DNA of 64,000 bases, from the NCBI GenBank assembly GCA_965202985.1, contig CBDBCF010000001.1, positions 1,184,001-1,248,000 on the forward strand, in the 5' to 3' direction. The position numbers and the translations under genes are program-made. Under the pieces are notes generated by a model that ran no database searches, was not told the DNA's origin, and saw only the letters and a program-made list of their open reading frames with translations. The DNA comes from Longimicrobiales bacterium. GTDB lineage: Bacteria; Gemmatimonadota; Gemmatimonadetes; Longimicrobiales; Gaopeijiaceae. This document shows positions 40,020-49,427 of the stretch, in pieces; the first letter of the stretch is position 1, and every line of letters begins with the position of its first letter.

Positions 40020-40928
40020 ATGTCCTTTTACAAACCGACGAAGACGTTGCTTAGTCTTGCGGTCGCCATCGGGTTCCTGGGCGGGTGCGGCAACGCGACG
40101 GGCCCCAGCGAGTACCCCAAGGCGCTTAATGACGGGCTGATCCTCTACGCCGTCCTCAACGCCGACTCCGCCCGTCATTTAGTCGAAGTCGCGGCGGCCG
40201 ATCACTACTCGCGTCCGGCGCTTTCGGGCGTGCGAGTGACGATCCACCAGCGCAACCACGGCCCCACGGGACCCCAGTGGAGCCTCGTCGCGGAGTGGGA
40301 CAGCGCACGGGCCGCCGCTCGCGGCGCGTCTCTGACCGACAGAGACCAGTGCTGGCGCGCCAACCTCGAACGGCCGCGGATGCGGGCCACGAGCAGCATT
40401 GTCTCGGCGACGCACAAGTACTGTCTGGCTCCAGAGGCCCGCCTGGAGCCAGGCACCACCTACCGAGTCGAAGCCACGGCGGACGGTCGGATTCCCGCGT
40501 CGGGAGAGACAACGGTGGTAGGCAACTTCGCAATAGAGAGTGCGACCATATCCGGAAGCCAAGGAAAGTATGCGTTGTCCGGCAACTGGACCTCGAGCAT
40601 CTCTGCCCATCGCTACTTCGTGGGCATCAGGTTGCGCGTCACCTTCTGCGGAAACTGCAACGAGCCGTGGTATACCGTAGTCGACGGGCGAAACTTCGCA
40701 GGCCGTGTACCCGACTTGGCCGTCGACAGCGCGGGACACGAGCCCATGCTGGACGTGGCGGCGGTCGACCGGCACCTGTACGACTACCTCACGACTGGTC
40801 ACCGAGGCAACTTGCACTCCGTCCACCCCGCCCAGAACGTGCAAGACGGTTTTGGTGTCGTGGGATCGGTCCGGATCCGAAGTCGGCAAATCGCCACGCC
40901 CGCGCGCACGCCGCCTGCACCGAGCTGA
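40020..40928 (+). CDS. DUF4249-like lipoprotein, copy 1
   Basis: Lipobox LGGC; LYAVLNAD, PGTTYRVEATADG, GETTV, NVQDGFGVVGS; directly after the TBDR. Confidence 0.75.
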   Translation: MSFYKPTKTLLSLAVAIGFLGGCGNATGPSEYPKALNDGLILYAVLNADSARHLVEVAAADHYSRPALSGVRVTIHQRNHGPTGPQWSLVAEWDSARAAARGASLTDRDQCWRANLERPRMRATSSIVSATHKYCLAPEARLEPGTTYRVEATADGRIPASGETTVVGNFAIESATISGSQGKYALSGNWTSSISAHRYFVGIRLRVTFCGNCNEPWYTVVDGRNFAGRVPDLAVDSAGHEPMLDVAAVDRHLYDYLTTGHRGNLHSVHPAQNVQDGFGVVGSVRIRSRQIATPARTPPAPS

Positions 40929-40931
40929 CCG

Positions 40932-43238
40932 ATGATGAACCGCATCAACATCTTCGCTGCCGCGCTGGCCGCTCTGGCTGGCTCGGCTCCACCGTCCCCC
41001 ACGTTCGCCGCCCAGGCCCCCGACTCGGGGGTCTGGGCGGTCCGAACCGTGGATCGGCCCAGCGGCCAACCGGTGAGCGACGCCTTCGTGGACTTCCCGG
41101 AACACGGCGCAAGCGGGGTCACCGACGACCGAGGGCTCGTGAATGGACACGGAACCGGCCCTGCCGTCCGCGTCCTTGCCCGGCGACTGGGCTACGCCGA
41201 CCTGGACACGCTCGTCGCCGTCCCGAAGGCAGGCGGAGTCGTCGTGCTCCTACTCGAACGCTCCGCCGTCGAGCTGCCGCCGCTCACCGTGGAGGCGGAG
41301 CGCCGCATGACCTCCATCGAGCTGCACCGGCTCGTGTTCGACCGGGAGGTCGCCGTCGGAGCCGTCGGGATGACCCAGGCCGAGATCAAGGCCGTGCCGC
41401 CGATGGTCGAGTCCGACGTGCTCCGCAGCCTGCAGGCACTCGCAGGCGTCTCCAGCGTCAACGACTACTCCGGCGAACTCTTCGTCAGGGGCGGCGGCAG
41501 CGACCAAGTGGCCGTGCTGATCGACGGCGCGCCCGTCTTCGCGCCATACCACATGTTCGGGCTCTTCGGCGCATTCAACGCCGACGCCGTCGAGTCCACC
41601 GAGTTCTACAGAGGCTCGATCCCGGCCCGCTACGGCGGCGCGCTGTCCGGCGTGGTCGCGGCTCGCCAGAAGACGGGAAGCGCGGACGAGACCCGCTTCG
41701 CCGGCGGCGTCAGCCTTCTAGGCGTCCGGTTCGCCGCCGACGGGAGCGCGCCGTGGGGCGGCATCCGCTGGCTGGCCGCCGGGCGGAAGGCGTTCGTGGA
41801 CGTGGCTACGATCGACGTTCCGTATTCTTTCCACGACGTGAACTTCGGGCTCGAAGCCCATCCGGCGGACGAGCATCGGCTGCGTTTCTCGGTGTTCGCG
41901 TCCGACGACGAATTCGACTGGGACCTGTCGTCCTCGGAAACCCAGTACTCGTTCACCTCCGAATGGGCGAACCTGGCGACCTCTGCCACCTGGTCGTGGG
42001 TGCCGGGTCACCGCCTGTCCAGCGACGTGACGGCGTACTACAGCCGCTACGACGGCGAGCGGACAACCGGCGGCACCGCCAGTTCACCTGTGACGACGAA
42101 CCGCATCTCGGCGACGGGACTTCGCGCGGGCGTCACCCTTCGGGGCGACCGCTTCGGAGGACGCGCCGGCGTCGCCATCGAGGCGGGGCCAGTGACGTTG
42201 CGGACCACGGGCGGCATGGGCGGCTACGTGGACGGCGACATCTCCAACTCTTACCAGCACTTGTCGGCGTTCGCCGAGCTGGAGGGCTGGGCCGGTCCGC
42301 TTCGGATCGCGCCGGGTGTTCGAGCGGGCAGCGAGCGGCGCTCCGGGCGCAACTTCGTGGAGCCGCGGTTCTCGGTCCGCCTTCGCATGCCCGCGTTCGC
42401 GGTGAGTGCCAGCGTGGACCGGACGTACCAGTTCCTCTCCGTCCTGCGGGACGCCTACTCCCTCGAGCCGGGCGCCCCGATGTGGTTCCTGCACGGCCGG
42501 GACGCGCCCGTCAGCGCGGCCGACGGCGCGAGCGTGTCGGTGGACACGTGGCGAGGCGACGAGTGGACGGCGTCGGTGGCGGGCTGGACCCGGCGGTTCA
42601 GATCGGCGCCGCACTGGCGTCCGATTCTCTCGCGCGACCCCTCCGACGTCGAGCACCACGACGGCAGGGCACGGGGCCTCGAAGTCATGGTGCAGCGGCA
42701 CTCGGGCCGAGTCCGGGGCTGGCTGTCGTACCAGTGGGCGCGGACGGCGTTCAGCGACGCCTCCGGAGCGGAGTACGCCCCCCAGTGGGACCGACGCCAC
42801 GAGTTCGACGGGCTGATGGCGACCGACCTGCCCGGCGGCGTCGAGGCGTCGCTCCGGACCACGGTGGGCACCGGCGGACCGTTCTGGTTCCCGGCTGGCG
42901 CGTACGATGTGCTGCGCTTCGGTCCAGTGCAACGGATTAACGGGATCGGGGAGTTGCGTGGTGGGAGCTACCTGACGCGCTCGGACATGATGAAGATCTG
43001 GTCGGACGCGCAGGGACGGCTTCCGGTCTACGCTCGCCTTGACCTGTCGGTGCGTCGCGCCTTTCGCTGGGGTTCCTGGGACCTGGTCCCTTACCTCTCG
43101 GTCGTGAACGCGGGCAACAGGAAGAACGTCCTTCAGTACTACTTCACGGGCTTCACTGCCCCCGACGAGCCCTACGTGTTCGAACCAGGCAGGCAGATGC
43201 CCCTCTTCCCTTCAATCGGAATCGACGTTCGGTTCTAG
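40932..43238 (+). CDS. TonB-dependent receptor, copy 2
   Basis: Paralogue of 37693-40002. Confidence 0.92.
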   Translation: MMNRINIFAAALAALAGSAPPSPTFAAQAPDSGVWAVRTVDRPSGQPVSDAFVDFPEHGASGVTDDRGLVNGHGTGPAVRVLARRLGYADLDTLVAVPKAGGVVVLLLERSAVELPPLTVEAERRMTSIELHRLVFDREVAVGAVGMTQAEIKAVPPMVESDVLRSLQALAGVSSVNDYSGELFVRGGGSDQVAVLIDGAPVFAPYHMFGLFGAFNADAVESTEFYRGSIPARYGGALSGVVAARQKTGSADETRFAGGVSLLGVRFAADGSAPWGGIRWLAAGRKAFVDVATIDVPYSFHDVNFGLEAHPADEHRLRFSVFASDDEFDWDLSSSETQYSFTSEWANLATSATWSWVPGHRLSSDVTAYYSRYDGERTTGGTASSPVTTNRISATGLRAGVTLRGDRFGGRAGVAIEAGPVTLRTTGGMGGYVDGDISNSYQHLSAFAELEGWAGPLRIAPGVRAGSERRSGRNFVEPRFSVRLRMPAFAVSASVDRTYQFLSVLRDAYSLEPGAPMWFLHGRDAPVSAADGASVSVDTWRGDEWTASVAGWTRRFRSAPHWRPILSRDPSDVEHHDGRARGLEVMVQRHSGRVRGWLSYQWARTAFSDASGAEYAPQWDRRHEFDGLMATDLPGGVEASLRTTVGTGGPFWFPAGAYDVLRFGPVQRINGIGELRGGSYLTRSDMMKIWSDAQGRLPVYARLDLSVRRAFRWGSWDLVPYLSVVNAGNRKNVLQYYFTGFTAPDEPYVFEPGRQMPLFPSIGIDVRF

Positions 43239-43255
43239 AAAACACGAGGCAAACC

Positions 43256-44164
43256 ATGTCCACTAACAAACACTTCCTGCTGTCGGCCGCAACGGCTCTT
43301 GTCGCGGCGACGGCACTGATGGGCGCATGCGGCAACCCGACGGCGCCCACCGACTTTCCCGAGACCCTCAACGACCGCCTGATGGTGTTCGCCGTGCTCG
43401 ACGCCGACTCGGCACGCCAAGTGGTCGAGGTCGCAGCCGCAGACCACTACACTCGCCCCCGCCTCTCCGGGGTCCGAGTGACGATCCATCGCCGCAACAC
43501 CACTGCCGGCGGACCCGAATGGATCTTGGTCGCCGAGTGGGACAGCGCACGCGCCGTCGCTACCGGCGTGGCTATGAACGACTACGCGTCATGCGTTCGC
43601 GACAGCGACGGGTGGGCCGCAAAGTCTTTCGGAGTCGTCGCCGCGCCCGGTCTTCACAGCAGGTACTGCATGACGCCGGAAGTCCAGCTGGAGGTTGGCG
43701 CCACGTACCGAGTCGAGGCCACGGCGGAGGGCCGCGTTCCCGCCTGGGGAGAGACAACGGTGGTCGGCGACTTCGCGGTCGAAGTCGCGGGTCTCTCGGG
43801 CAACCGAGGCTCGTACGCATTGTCGGCCGGCTGGACGCCCGCGGCCGCAGCTCATCGGTACTTCGTGGCCGTCAGGCGACGCTATCGGCTCTGCGTCAAT
43901 TGCGTCGAGACTTGGTACGCCGACGTGGGCGAACCGACCTTCGCAGGCAACGTGCCCGATCTGGTCGTCGACAGTGCGGGGCCGAACCCCATGCTGGATG
44001 TGGTTGCAATGGATGCGCACCTGTACGCGTACCTAACCACCGGCCACGAGGGCCACCTGCACGAAGTCCACCCTGTCCAGAACGTGCGGGACGGGTACGG
44101 CTTCGTCGGCTCGGCGACCTACCGCAGCCGCCGGCTCGCGATCTCCGGCGGCTCGTTGCCCTAG
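43256..44164 (+). CDS. DUF4249-like lipoprotein, copy 2
   Basis: Lipobox MGAC; paralogue of 40020-40928; NVRDGYGFVGS. Confidence 0.75.
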   Translation: MSTNKHFLLSAATALVAATALMGACGNPTAPTDFPETLNDRLMVFAVLDADSARQVVEVAAADHYTRPRLSGVRVTIHRRNTTAGGPEWILVAEWDSARAVATGVAMNDYASCVRDSDGWAAKSFGVVAAPGLHSRYCMTPEVQLEVGATYRVEATAEGRVPAWGETTVVGDFAVEVAGLSGNRGSYALSAGWTPAAAAHRYFVAVRRRYRLCVNCVETWYADVGEPTFAGNVPDLVVDSAGPNPMLDVVAMDAHLYAYLTTGHEGHLHEVHPVQNVRDGYGFVGSATYRSRRLAISGGSLP

Positions 44165-44234
44165 CGACTTGGAGAACCGGCGTTGCAACCGATTCGCGGG
44201 CTCGTTGCAACCAGTAAGTAGAGGAGGGTTTCGG

Positions 44235-45311
44235 ATGACGCGCCTCGCGACAAGAAAGAGGGCGTGGCGGTACTGGGCCGGGTTCTTCTGGCTGCCGGTG
44301 CTGGCCGTCGTGATCGCCCTGTGCTCCGACCTGACGTTCATGTCCGCCGGCGACGGATTTTCGTACGAGGAGTCCGAGCCTGGAGAAGTCGTCGCGACGG
44401 TGCCGGCCAGCGGCTCGTCTACGCCGGTGTTCCAGGGGTTGGTCGCGCTGGCGCTGTCTCGCGACCAGCAGAGCTTCTGGGCACTCGACGGCTGGGCCGC
44501 CAAGGTGTACCGCTTCGGCCTGGACGGAGAGCTGCTCGCGGAGATGGGACGGCGCGGGGAGGGCCCCGGCGAGATGACTCTTCCGGGCGCGATCCAGCCT
44601 GTCCCCGAGGGCGCTTGGGTGCTCGATCCGCAAGGCGGGCGGGCGGTGCTGTGGGGGTCGGGCGGCGAAGCGAAGAAGACGCTGAACTTGGGAGGCGTCG
44701 TCGGGGGAGTGTTCGTTCCGGCGGCGTCGGGACTGATGATCTCTGTCGCTGGGTCGCCGACGGAGGCGCAGCCGGGGGAGATCTTCGCCTACGTTTCGGA
44801 AGAGGGAACTACGCCCGTGCAAATGGACGAGGCCGCGTCGCGCACCTTGGGCGCCGTGGACGACGTTGCCGAACGCATGGTCGGGCTGCGCATGGCCGCG
44901 ACGGGTCGGAACGAGGCGATTCTGGTGCGGAACAGCGCGGACTTGGCCGCATGGAGAGCGGTCTTGAACGACGGCGCGCAACGCTTGGCGGAGTTGTCGA
45001 GCCTGCCGATTCCGGGACCGGTGCTGAGCGCGATCGGGCCGCTGGAGGACCCGGCTCCCGACATGAAGGTGCGGCCGGTATCGAGCGTCAGGGTGGTGGG
45101 CGACGACCTCTGGATCATGACAACCGGGGTCGGGCCCGAGCTGCTGGGCTTCACGATGCCGCGATCTCGGGACGCCCGAGTCGCGCTGGCGTACCCTGGC
45201 GAGCTGTACAAGAAGGGGCTGGTCGACGCCATCGTCTTGCCGGACCGCATCATCGCCGCAAGCGCGACCGAGATCGTCGTCGCCCGACGGAGGCCTTTGT
45301 CGCCGGCGTGA
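44235..45311 (+). CDS. 6-bladed beta-propeller protein
   Basis: GAGGAGG RBS; N-terminal hydrophobic anchor; VYRFGLDGELLAEMGRRGEGPGEM. Confidence 0.78.
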   Translation: MTRLATRKRAWRYWAGFFWLPVLAVVIALCSDLTFMSAGDGFSYEESEPGEVVATVPASGSSTPVFQGLVALALSRDQQSFWALDGWAAKVYRFGLDGELLAEMGRRGEGPGEMTLPGAIQPVPEGAWVLDPQGGRAVLWGSGGEAKKTLNLGGVVGGVFVPAASGLMISVAGSPTEAQPGEIFAYVSEEGTTPVQMDEAASRTLGAVDDVAERMVGLRMAATGRNEAILVRNSADLAAWRAVLNDGAQRLAELSSLPIPGPVLSAIGPLEDPAPDMKVRPVSSVRVVGDDLWIMTTGVGPELLGFTMPRSRDARVALAYPGELYKKGLVDAIVLPDRIIAASATEIVVARRRPLSPA

Positions 45312-45325
45312 TCCTCCCGGTGGAC

Positions 45326-46180
45326 CTACGAGTCGTGCAAAGCCGCTTCCGCCTTCCAGCGGTCGTAGCGCATTCGGAGCGTGCGGACCGGGTTGGCGTT
45401 CTCGTCCGGTCGGATGTTCTGGTCGGTCACGTCGATGAAGAGCGACCAGTCGCCGTCGTTGAACGACTCGCCCTGGGGGTCGCCCGGGTTGGCCAACAGC
45501 AGGTAGGCCACGTGCGAGGTCTTGCCGTCGCAGGACGCCGCCTTCGGCAGGGGCTCCGTCTCGCAGGTGCAGCGCCGGTCGCCGCCCTGGGCGTCCGCGG
45601 CCTCCATCGCCGCCACGACCCGGTCGGCCATTGTCCCGCCCGCGCCCTTGAAGGCGGCCACGGCCTCGTGCACCACGTCGTCCGACGCCAGGATGTTGCC
45701 TTGCACCGAGAACGCGATCCCGGCGCCGGGCACGCTGTCGGCCACGACCAGCGACGCCGCCCCGTTCTCGCTGCCGGAGTGGCCCGCCGAGCGCCCGCGC
45801 ATGTCCACGATGGCGAACTGGCGCCGCTCGAAGTCGGGGTCCGCCGCCAGCATGCCGACGATCTCCTCCGGCGGCGTCTCCTTCTTGAGCTCCGCGTGGA
45901 TCAGCATCTGGTTCGCTCGCGTCCGGTCGACCCCCGCCTGGGCCGCGGCCGCGCCCACGCCGGGCGCCACGATCGCTTGGATGTCCATGAGTCCCTTGGC
46001 GGGGAACCCGGAGAAGCGCGCCTGAGCCACGCACGTGGCCGACGCGACGATCACCTGGCCGGTGCGCATGTCCACCGCGACGACCGACCACGTGGCCGAC
46101 AGCCAAGCCGGAACGAAGAACGCGAGAAGCAGGCCGGCCAACAGCCTGCGGGCTTGCCGGAAGCGGCGAAAACGATTCAT
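45326..46180 (-). CDS. DUF1028 (Ntn-hydrolase-like) secreted protein
   Basis: [35 protein letters not shown]. Confidence 0.88.
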   Translation of the reverse strand: MNRFRRFRQARRLLAGLLLAFFVPAWLSATWSVVAVDMRTGQVIVASATCVAQARFSGFPAKGLMDIQAIVAPGVGAAAAQAGVDRTRANQMLIHAELKKETPPEEIVGMLAADPDFERRQFAIVDMRGRSAGHSGSENGAASLVVADSVPGAGIAFSVQGNILASDDVVHEAVAAFKGAGGTMADRVVAAMEAADAQGGDRRCTCETEPLPKAASCDGKTSHVAYLLLANPGDPQGESFNDGDWSLFIDVTDQNIRPDENANPVRTLRMRYDRWKAEAALHDS

Positions 46181-46254
46181 GTAGCGTGCCCAAGTTTGGG
46201 GTTCGGAGCCGATTCGGCCGGGATGCGCGCTCACAACAGGTAAGGAGTCCAACC

Positions 46255-47763
46255 GTGACGGACAAGCTGACCCGCAGGACGTTCGTGGACCGAGGGTCCA
46301 AGCTGGCCATGGGGGCCATGGTCGTGCCCCGCCACGTGTTGGGCGGCTCGGGGCGCCAGGCGCCGTCGGAGCGACTTTCGATCGGCATCGTCGGCGTGGG
46401 CGGCCAGGGCACGGAGGTCGCGTTGGAGTTGGGCGACGAGCACGTTGCGGCCGTCTGCGACGTGGACTTCGGCGTTGTGCATCGTCGCGTCCAGGAGCGG
46501 CTGACCGACAACGACGGCGCTCCCAGCGAGAAGGGACGGCGTTGGCGGGAGCAGTTCCTGCCGGCTCGCCAGTACGTGGACTTCCGGGAGATGCTGGATC
46601 GGGAGGACGGGTTGGACGCCGTGGTGGTGGCGACGCCCGATCACACGCACGCAACGATCGCCAAGGCGGCGATGGAAGCCGGCAAGCACGTCTACGTCGA
46701 GAAGCCGCTGACGTACACGGTCCGCGAGGCGCGCGTGCTGACGCAGGTTGCGGAGGAGACGGGCGTCGTGACGCAGATGGGCAACCAGGGCCACTCCAGC
46801 GACGACGCGCGGCGGATCAACGAGTGGGTGCAGGCGGGCGTGATCGGAGACGTGGCCGAGGTGCACGCTTGGACCAACCGGCCGATCTGGCCCCAGGGCG
46901 TCCGGCGACCCGCGCGTTGGGAAGAGGGGCTGAACCCGAAGTGGTACCAGCAGTGGCACCAGGACGCGATCCTGTCCTTGGCGGCGGACGTGATGGATGC
47001 CGGCTACGCGGAGCCCCAGGGCATGAACTGGGACCTGTACTTGGGACCGGTGGTCCGCGACCTGCCCTATCACCCGGTTTACCACCCCTTCAACTGGCGG
47101 GGCTGGGTCGATTTCGGCACCGGCGCGCTGGGAGACATGGGCGCCCACCTGCTGGACCACCCGTACTGGGCGCTGGACCTGGGCCTTCCGACCAGCGTGG
47201 AGGCCACGTCGTCGCCCTGGGGCGGCCCGACCGACAACCCGCACACTTTCCCCCTGGCCACGCGCGTCCACTTCCGGTTTCCGGCGCGTCCCGCCTCGGG
47301 CCGAGCGCGGAACGGCATGCCGGCCGTTGACCTGCACTGGTACGACGGCGGCCTCATGCCGCCCCGCCCCGTCGGACTGCCGGACGACGTGGAGCTGAAC
47401 CGCACGGGCGGCGTGATCTTCGTCGGGAGCGACGGGCTCCTGATGCACGACACCTACGGCGGCAACCCCCGGCTCTTCCCCGAGTCGCTGGCCGAAGAGG
47501 CCGCTGCGGTTCCCGAGTCCTATCCGCGCATCGAGGAGTCCCACGTCGCGAACTGGGTGAAGGCGTGCAAGGAGGGCGGCGTCGCTTCGTGCCCCTTCGA
47601 CTACGGCGCCAAGCTCACGGAGGTGATGCTGCTGGGGATCGCGGCGCTTCGCGCGGGCCAGGGCCGCAAGATCGAGTACGACGACGCGGCGATGCGCGTC
47701 ACGAACGCCGAAAAGGCGAACACGTTCCTGACGCGGGAGTACCGGGACGGCTGGGAGGTGTAG
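46255..47763 (+). CDS. Gfo/Idh/MocA oxidoreductase, Tat-exported
   Basis: TRRTFV; VGVGGQG, ATPDHTH, YVEKPL, QMGNQG, GDMGAH. Confidence 0.92.
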   Translation: MTDKLTRRTFVDRGSKLAMGAMVVPRHVLGGSGRQAPSERLSIGIVGVGGQGTEVALELGDEHVAAVCDVDFGVVHRRVQERLTDNDGAPSEKGRRWREQFLPARQYVDFREMLDREDGLDAVVVATPDHTHATIAKAAMEAGKHVYVEKPLTYTVREARVLTQVAEETGVVTQMGNQGHSSDDARRINEWVQAGVIGDVAEVHAWTNRPIWPQGVRRPARWEEGLNPKWYQQWHQDAILSLAADVMDAGYAEPQGMNWDLYLGPVVRDLPYHPVYHPFNWRGWVDFGTGALGDMGAHLLDHPYWALDLGLPTSVEATSSPWGGPTDNPHTFPLATRVHFRFPARPASGRARNGMPAVDLHWYDGGLMPPRPVGLPDDVELNRTGGVIFVGSDGLLMHDTYGGNPRLFPESLAEEAAAVPESYPRIEESHVANWVKACKEGGVASCPFDYGAKLTEVMLLGIAALRAGQGRKIEYDDAAMRVTNAEKANTFLTREYRDGWEV

Positions 47764-47772
47764 GCGGGCGAA

Positions 47773-48756
47773 TCAGAGCTCGACCAGCCGGCCCCGATCC
47801 GCGGCTTCCGCGCGATCGAGCACGAGCGCGCCCACGGCCACGTCCTGCACGGCGACGCCTACGGACTTGAAGAAGGTGAGGTCGCGGCCAGCGCTTCCTT
47901 GGGGTGCGCGACCGGCGACGATCTCTCCCAGTTCGGCGTCGACGACGTTCGGCGGCACGATCCCTTCGCGGACGGGGACGATCAGGTCGCCCGCCTCTTC
48001 CATCGCCGCCTCGCGCTGCTCCACCACGACCCGGGCACGCTCGACCACCTCGGGGCCGATCTCCTGCATGGCGGGCATGAAGCTGCCGCTGCCGCTGACG
48101 TGCGTGCCCGGGGGCAGCTCGGCGCCGTCGAACACGGGCGTGGACGACGTGGTGACGGCCGCGATCACGTCGGCGCCGTCCACCGCCTGCGCGGGGTCGT
48201 CCAGCGCCCGGGCCTCGACCCCGTCCAGTCGGGCTGCCAAGCGGCGCGCCGATTCGCCGTGCCGGGACACGATCCGCACCTCTTCGATGGGCCGCACGGC
48301 TCGCATCGCCTCGATCTGACGGGGCGCCTGGGCGCCTGCGCCGAACAAGGCCAGGACGCGCGAGTCCGGGCGGCTGAGCAGTCGCGCCGCCAAGCCGGCG
48401 GCCGCCGCCGTGCGCACGGCTGTGAGCTCGCCCGCTTCGACGAGCGCCGTGGGGACGCCGGTCTCGTCGTCCAGCATGAGCAGGACGCCGTGAATGGCGG
48501 GCAGGTCGCGGGCGCGGTTGCCGGGAAAGATCGACACGACCTTGGCGCCCCGCTTGCCGCCTGGGCCGTGGTCCGGGCCCTTCGTCCGGGCCGGCATGAA
48601 CAGGCTGGTTCCCGCGCCCGTGGAGAGGGACCCGCGAACCGGCATCTCGGCGTCCCCCGCCGACAGCCCGGCGAAGGCCTGGGCCATCGCCTCGACGGCG
48701 TCGTCCATGGTGACCAGCGCCCGCACGTCGTCGCGGGACAGCACCCGCATCGTCAC
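47773..48756 (-). CDS. Ornithine cyclodeaminase/mu-crystallin family protein
   Basis: KVVSIFPGN, LTAVRTAA, FGAGAQA, FKSVGVAVQD. Confidence 0.92.
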   Translation of the reverse strand: MTMRVLSRDDVRALVTMDDAVEAMAQAFAGLSAGDAEMPVRGSLSTGAGTSLFMPARTKGPDHGPGGKRGAKVVSIFPGNRARDLPAIHGVLLMLDDETGVPTALVEAGELTAVRTAAAAGLAARLLSRPDSRVLALFGAGAQAPRQIEAMRAVRPIEEVRIVSRHGESARRLAARLDGVEARALDDPAQAVDGADVIAAVTTSSTPVFDGAELPPGTHVSGSGSFMPAMQEIGPEVVERARVVVEQREAAMEEAGDLIVPVREGIVPPNVVDAELGEIVAGRAPQGSAGRDLTFFKSVGVAVQDVAVGALVLDRAEAADRGRLVEL

Positions 48757-49427
48757 TGGTTTGCGCCGTCTCCCGCAAGCTGCAAGGCCGCTCGGTACCG
48801 AGACGCCAGCACTCTGCGGTGATGCAGGGAGTGCCCGGCCGCGATCCACGCCAAGCTACGCACCGTGAACTCGCAACCGCTGGCGGTACCGCGCCGGTCC
48901 CAGACGCCGGCGTCGAAGCCCTTGAAGAGCGCCGCCGTGGCGGCGCGCACGGCGACCAGCTCCGCCCGGAGCTCCGGCAGGGGCCGCTCGTTCGCTCCGG
49001 ATTCGCGGACGTAATTGTTCTCGTCGAACCCCGGATAGGACGCGGGGTCGTTTCGGGCGAACGCCAGGGCTCGCACGGCGAAGACGCGCTCGGCGTCGAT
49101 CACGTGTCCGACGACGTCGCGGATCGTCCACTTGCCGGAGGCGTAGCGGTAGCCCTCCCAGAGGGGCGACACTCGGTCCAGCAGCTCCTGCCACGCCGCT
49201 ATGTCGGCCTCCAACAGCCGATCCAACGAACCGTCCATGGCCGCTACCGCCGCCTCCTCCACGTACGGACGGTAGAACGGCGCGCACTCGTCGTTGGCAG
49301 GCGGACCGGGCCATCGCGCAAGGCTCGTCGGCACACCCTCGGCGCCGGCGGGCGGTCCAGGCGTCGCGGCCCGCGCTTCGAGCGCTCCGTCCCGAGCCCC
49401 GCGGCCCGTGCCCGGCGCCTCTTTCAT
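48753..49427 (-). CDS. DinB family protein
   Basis: YASGKWTIRDVVGHVIDAERVF, PGFDEN, AGHSLHH. Confidence 0.9.
   Translation of the reverse strand: MKEAPGTGRGARDGALEARAATPGPPAGAEGVPTSLARWPGPPANDECAPFYRPYVEEAAVAAMDGSLDRLLEADIAAWQELLDRVSPLWEGYRYASGKWTIRDVVGHVIDAERVFAVRALAFARNDPASYPGFDENNYVRESGANERPLPELRAELVAVRAATAALFKGFDAGVWDRRGTASGCEFTVRSLAWIAAGHSLHHRRVLASRYRAALQLAGDGANQ

Noticed and set aside
37927..41743. Diversity-generating retroelement template/variable repeats
   Set aside because: No reverse transcriptase in the window and the differences between copies are not adenine-specific
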